Positions 60,490 through 64,000 of a stretch of DNA of 64,000 nucleotides are shown here, piece after piece; positions within the stretch are counted from its first letter, which is position 1; each line of letters begins with the position of its first letter. Source of the stretch: an uncultured Pseudomonadota bacterium. GTDB lineage: Bacteria > Myxococcota_A > Polyangia > Fen-1088. The position numbers were made by a program, and so were the translations under genes. The stretch spans positions 87-64,086 of the forward strand of contig CAVRRT010000017.1 in NCBI GenBank assembly GCA_963723305.1, given 5' to 3'. A model generated the notes under the pieces. That model searched no databases. It had not been told where the DNA came from and saw only the letters and a list, made by a program, of their open reading frames with translations.

Positions 60490-61526
60490 ATGTACGGGCG
60501 CGCCACGCTGTCCGCGCGGTCGAACCAGGTACCGTCGTTGATCATCACCAGCCAGTGATCGCAGGCGCAGGTGGTGTCGTTGTCCTGGCAGGCGCACGAC
60601 CCGTCCGGTTGACCCATGTGCCAGTTCTGGTAGCCCCATGGCTCGCCGGTCACCCAAGCGTACGTCCCGACGCCGCTCTTGTCGTCGCTTGCTTTTCCAT
60701 CCGTGGCGCCGAGCGACACGCCGTTTCCCATGAAGAAGTTCGGCTGCTGCAAGAGGACGCTGAGAACGAACATGTTCTCCTGCGACGAGAGGATCGTCGC
60801 CAGGGTCCCCCCCTCGCTGACGCAGCTGGCTTCGGAGCTGTCCCAGTCGCTGCCCTCACTGTGCGTCCAGTAGCAGTGCAGGAGGTTGTCGGTCGGGGTG
60901 ACGAAGCTGGATCCCTTCGGGAAGTACGAGCAGCTCGGCGTGTGGCTTCCGCCGGTTCCACCGGTCCCGCCGGTCGCGCCGCCGGTCCCCGTCTCACCAC
61001 CGGTCGCGGGCGCGCCGCCGGTTCCCGGCGCGCCGCCCGTCGCAGTTTCGCCGCCAGCCCCGGTCGTGCCGCCGGTCCCAGGGCCGCCAGTCCCCACGCC
61101 GCCGCTGCCGGTCCCAGGCGCGCCGCCGGTCCCAGGCGCGCCGCCGGTCCCAGGCGCGCCGCCGGTCCCAGGCGCGCCGCCGGTTCCCAGCGAGCCGCCG
61201 GTCGCGGTCGCGCCGCCGGCTCCCGGGTTCGCGCCGCCGCCTCCTCCGGCCTGTCCGCCGCCGTCGACGCCGGACCCGCTGCCAGCGCCGCCGGTCCCGA
61301 GGACGCCGCCACCGGTGCCCTTTGAACCACTGCCGCCGTTGATCCCGCCGCCGCCGACGCCCCCCGTGGACAGCGAGCCCCCGCTCGACCCCCCAGAGGA
61401 GCTCGAGGCGTCGCTGTTGGAGAGCCCGGCACAATCGACCGAGCACACCGTCCCGAACACCACACCCACCGCGACGGTCGAACCGAATGCCAGGGCCGCC
61501 AACGTGCCGCGGACCGGACGCAACAT
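60468..61526 (-). CDS. secreted protein: Gly-rich repeat region plus C-type lectin-like domain
   Basis: Signal peptide and about 190 aa of GTGG/GAPGTG repeats. The C-terminal CTLD pattern is LATILSSQENMFV...GATD...YAWVTGEPWGYQNWHMGQPD...WFDRADSVARPYICE. Confidence 0.7.
   Translation of the reverse strand: MLRPVRGTLAALAFGSTVAVGVVFGTVCSVDCAGLSNSDASSSSGGSSGGSLSTGGVGGGGINGGSGSKGTGGGVLGTGGAGSGSGVDGGGQAGGGGGANPGAGGATATGGSLGTGGAPGTGGAPGTGGAPGTGGAPGTGSGGVGTGGPGTGGTTGAGGETATGGAPGTGGAPATGGETGTGGATGGTGGTGGSHTPSCSYFPKGSSFVTPTDNLLHCYWTHSEGSDWDSSEASCVSEGGTLATILSSQENMFVLSVLLQQPNFFMGNGVSLGATDGKASDDKSGVGTYAWVTGEPWGYQNWHMGQPDGSCACQDNDTTCACDHWLVMINDGTWFDRADSVARPYICEAIAR
61110..61181. repeat. perfect 18-nt tandem repeat x4 (GGTCCCAGGCGCGCCGCC)
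   Basis: Four identical units at 61110, 61128, 61146 and 61164, then a degenerate fifth. They encode GAPGTG x4 on the minus strand. Confidence 0.9.
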
Positions 61527-61546
61527 CGCGTGTATGCTAACACGAC

Positions 61547-62125
61547 ATGGCGTTGCGTAAGCTCTGGGGAGCGTTCGTGTTCCTGTTGGTTCTGGGCAGC
61601 CTCGGAGCCTGTGGATATCTTTACACATTGCTTCGCCACGAGGAGGCCGCCCGGACGGCGCAGGAGCAGCAGATCGCCGCCTTCGGACCGCGCTTCGATC
61701 AGTTCAAGGACGCCGTCCGCGACGTCGACCGCCGACTGTCGGCCACCGTGTTTCAGGAGGTCGACCTCGCCGTGTCGGGCTGGCAGCCCATCGCCGGCGG
61801 GCTCTACGTCATCGATCTGTCCTCGACGCCTGCGGGGGCGACCGCCGGCAAGGGGATGAGGATCTCCGGGAAGGTCATCAACCCGACCTCGGTGACGCAC
61901 GAGTCGGCGCAGCTATCGGTGCGGGCCGGCGACCAACGCGCGAGCTTCACGCTGGCCCACCTGCCGCCGGCGGTCGCGCAGCCGTTCGAGGTCACGCTGC
62001 CCGACGTGCCGGCCGGGACGCGCAAGGTGTTCTTCTCCCTCGACGGATCGACGATCAGCTTCGCCAGCTCCAGCACCCGCAAGCGCGCGGGCGAGCCGGT
62101 CGACACCGACAAGCTCTTGCACTGA
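61547..62125 (+). CDS. membrane-anchored or lipoprotein hypothetical
   Basis: N-terminus [22 protein letters not shown]. No recognisable family. Confidence 0.45.
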   Translation: MALRKLWGAFVFLLVLGSLGACGYLYTLLRHEEAARTAQEQQIAAFGPRFDQFKDAVRDVDRRLSATVFQEVDLAVSGWQPIAGGLYVIDLSSTPAGATAGKGMRISGKVINPTSVTHESAQLSVRAGDQRASFTLAHLPPAVAQPFEVTLPDVPAGTRKVFFSLDGSTISFASSSTRKRAGEPVDTDKLLH

Positions 62126-62166
62126 CGCTGGCCGCTGCCGAGACCGGCGCGACGTTCGAGCCGCGC

Positions 62167-64000
62167 TTACGGGCTGCGCGCCGAACGGGCGACCGTGTAG
62201 GCGGTCATGCTGACGATGGTGTCGACGTTGGCGTCGCGCGGGAGCACCGTGACCGGCTTGTTGACGCCGAGCAAGAATCGGCCCGATGGCGGTCGCGCCG
62301 CCCAGCGCCGCGAGCACCTTGTAGGCGGCGTTCCCGGCCGCCAGCGAGGGGAAGATCAGCACGTTGGCCGCGTCGGTGAGGCGCGAGAACGGGAATAGCT
62401 CGCGCAGCTTCTCGGGCTCGACCGCGATGTCGGCCTGCACCTCGCCGTCGATCTCCAGATCGGGGCGCAGCCGCGCGGACGATCTCGACGGCGTCGGCCA
62501 TCTTCTGCGACTCGGGGTGCGGCGCCGAGCCGAAGTTGGAGAACGAGATCATCGCGATGCGCGGCGTGACCTCGAAGGCGCGCGCGGCGTCGGCCACCTG
62601 GATGGCGGTGTCGGCCAGCGTCTCGGCGTCGGGATCGATGTTGACGGTCGCGTCGGCGAAGAACTTCACGCCGTTCTTGAGCAGCATCATGTACATGCCG
62701 GTGGCGCGCCGGACGTCGGGGCGGATGCCCAGGATCTGCAGCGCCGGGCGGATGGTGTCGGGGTAGGGGGCCGTCAGGCCGGCGACCAGGCCGTCGGCGT
62801 CGCCGGCGCGGACCATCATCATGCCGAAGTGGATGCGCCGGTTGACGAGGCGGGCGGCGTTGGCGGCGGTCACCCCTTTGCGGCAGCGCAGCGCCAGGTA
62901 CTCGCGCGCGTAGGCGGCGTGCTTGGGCGATTCGGGCGGGTTCAGGATCTCGGCCCCCTCGAGGTCGAGATCCAGCTCGGCGGCGCGCGGCGGATCGTCG
63001 CTCGGATGGCCCAGCAGGATGGGGTGGGCGATCTTTTCGTCGAGCACGATCTGGCAGGCGCGCAGCACCTTGATGTTGTCGCCGTCGGGAAAGACGATCC
63101 GCCTGGGCGTGCTCTTGGCGCGCTGCACGATCTGGCGCATGATGGTCTGCTGGGTGCCGCCGATGCGGCGCTGCAGCCGCTCGCGGTACTCGTCGAGGTC
63201 GAGCGTGCAGCCGGGCGGCGCCCGACTTGATCGCGGCCTCGGCGACCGCCGGCGCGCACCACCAGAGCACGCGCGGTGTCGAACGGCTTGGGGATGATGT
63301 AGTCGGGGCCGAAGCGAAAGGCGCGACTGCCGTAGGCCTCGGCCACGGCGTCGGGCACCGGCTCGTGCGCCAGCGCGGCCAGCGCGCGCGCGGCCGCGAT
63401 CTTCATCGCCTCGTTGATCTCCTTGGCCCGCACGTCGAGCGCGCCACGGAAGATGTAGGGGAAGCCGAGCACGTTGTTGACCTGGTTGGGGAAGTCGCTG
63501 CGCCCGGTGGCGACGATGGCGTCGGGCCGCGCCGCCTTGGCGTCGGGGTAGCTGATCTCGGGATCGGGGTTGGCCAGCGCGAAGATGAGCGGGTTGCGGC
63601 GCCATCGTCTTCAGCATCTCCGGCGTGCAGAGCCCCGCCTTGGACAGGCCGAGGAACACGTCGGCGCCGCGCAGCGCGTCGGCGCGCGTGCGGGCGCCGT
63701 CGTCCTGGCGCGCGAAGCGCGCCTTCCACTGGTTCATCCCCTGCTCGCGCCCTTCGTAGATGACGCCGATCGAATCGACCATCGTGATGTTCTGCAGCGA
63801 GCACGCCGAGCTCGACGTAGAAGTTGGCGCAGGCGATCGCCGAGGCGCCGGCGCCCGAGACGACGATCTTGAGGTCGCCGAGCTTCTTGCCGGTGATCTC
63901 GGCGCCGTTGAGCAGCGCGGCGCCCGAGATGATCGCCGTGCCGTGCTGATCGTCGTGGAAGACCGGGATGTCCATGCGCGCCCGCAGGCCGGCCTCGATC
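62167..64000 (-). pseudogene. maeB: NADP-dependent malic enzyme MaeB (malic enzyme plus PTA-like domain), partial at window end, several frame breaks
   Basis: Malic-enzyme part: [23 protein letters not shown]...[16 protein letters not shown]-like part: [31 protein letters not shown]...[10 protein letters not shown]. The C-terminus ...[17 protein letters not shown] ends at a stop at 62167. Segments lie in different frames. Confidence 0.8.

Overview
High-GC (~70%) bacterial chromosome segment. The gene content looks Myxococcota/Polyangiales-like: many lipobox lipoproteins, Gly/Thr-rich linkers, a Tad locus and cellulases. That taxonomic assignment is inference only.

Layout:
(1) 1-12.1 kb, housekeeping genes: a broken groES-groEL, then fmdB-like, hisG, murA, a DAP-type aminotransferase, pdxA, a ferredoxin, a GH5 lipoprotein, uvrA and bcp.
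(2) 12.1-15.1 kb: two tandem paralogous polytopic membrane proteins with GT-C/oligosaccharyltransferase-like motifs. They are divergent from tadE/tadG-like genes.
(3) 15.2-27.0 kb: a complete Tad/Flp pilus locus. It holds tadE, tadG, tadE, a lipoprotein, tadD, tadC, tadB, cpaF, cpaE, cpaC, cpaB and cpaA, plus two flp pilin genes. One flp gene is below the ORF-track size cutoff.
(4) 27.1-33.4 kb: two translationally coupled Cys-rich/Ig-like lipoproteins, an ABC ATPase, an ABC-2 permease fused to a CPBP protease, and a Crp/Fnr regulator.
(5) 33.5-41.8 kb: an RRM protein, leuB, nadE, a cN-II-type 5'-nucleotidase, murJ and two secreted hypotheticals.
(6) 42.0-61.5 kb: a dense cellulose/cellodextrin cluster. 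Nearly every product carries a lipoprotein signal and many carry (G-T-G-G)n linkers. It contains CBM-like proteins, CBM3, GH9, two GH8, GH94 cellobiose phosphorylase with an outer-membrane barrel and a CBM lipoprotein, a CxxCH lipoprotein, GH1 and a C-type lectin.
(7) 62.2-64.0 kb: maeB, partial.

Conserved genes are frameshifted in discrete blocks (uvrA/bcp, murJ/5'-nucleotidase, GH9/GH8, maeB), often at short homopolymers, while multi-kb neighbours are intact. This points to sequence-quality blocks rather than biology.

No rRNA, tRNA, CRISPR, transposase or integrase was recognised.

Most interesting candidates: the GT-C-like pair next to the Tad genes; the lipoprotein-tethered cellulolytic cluster with its OMP-CBM-GH94 operon; the lipoprotein pair divergent from flp; and a two-copy double-hairpin intergenic repeat.
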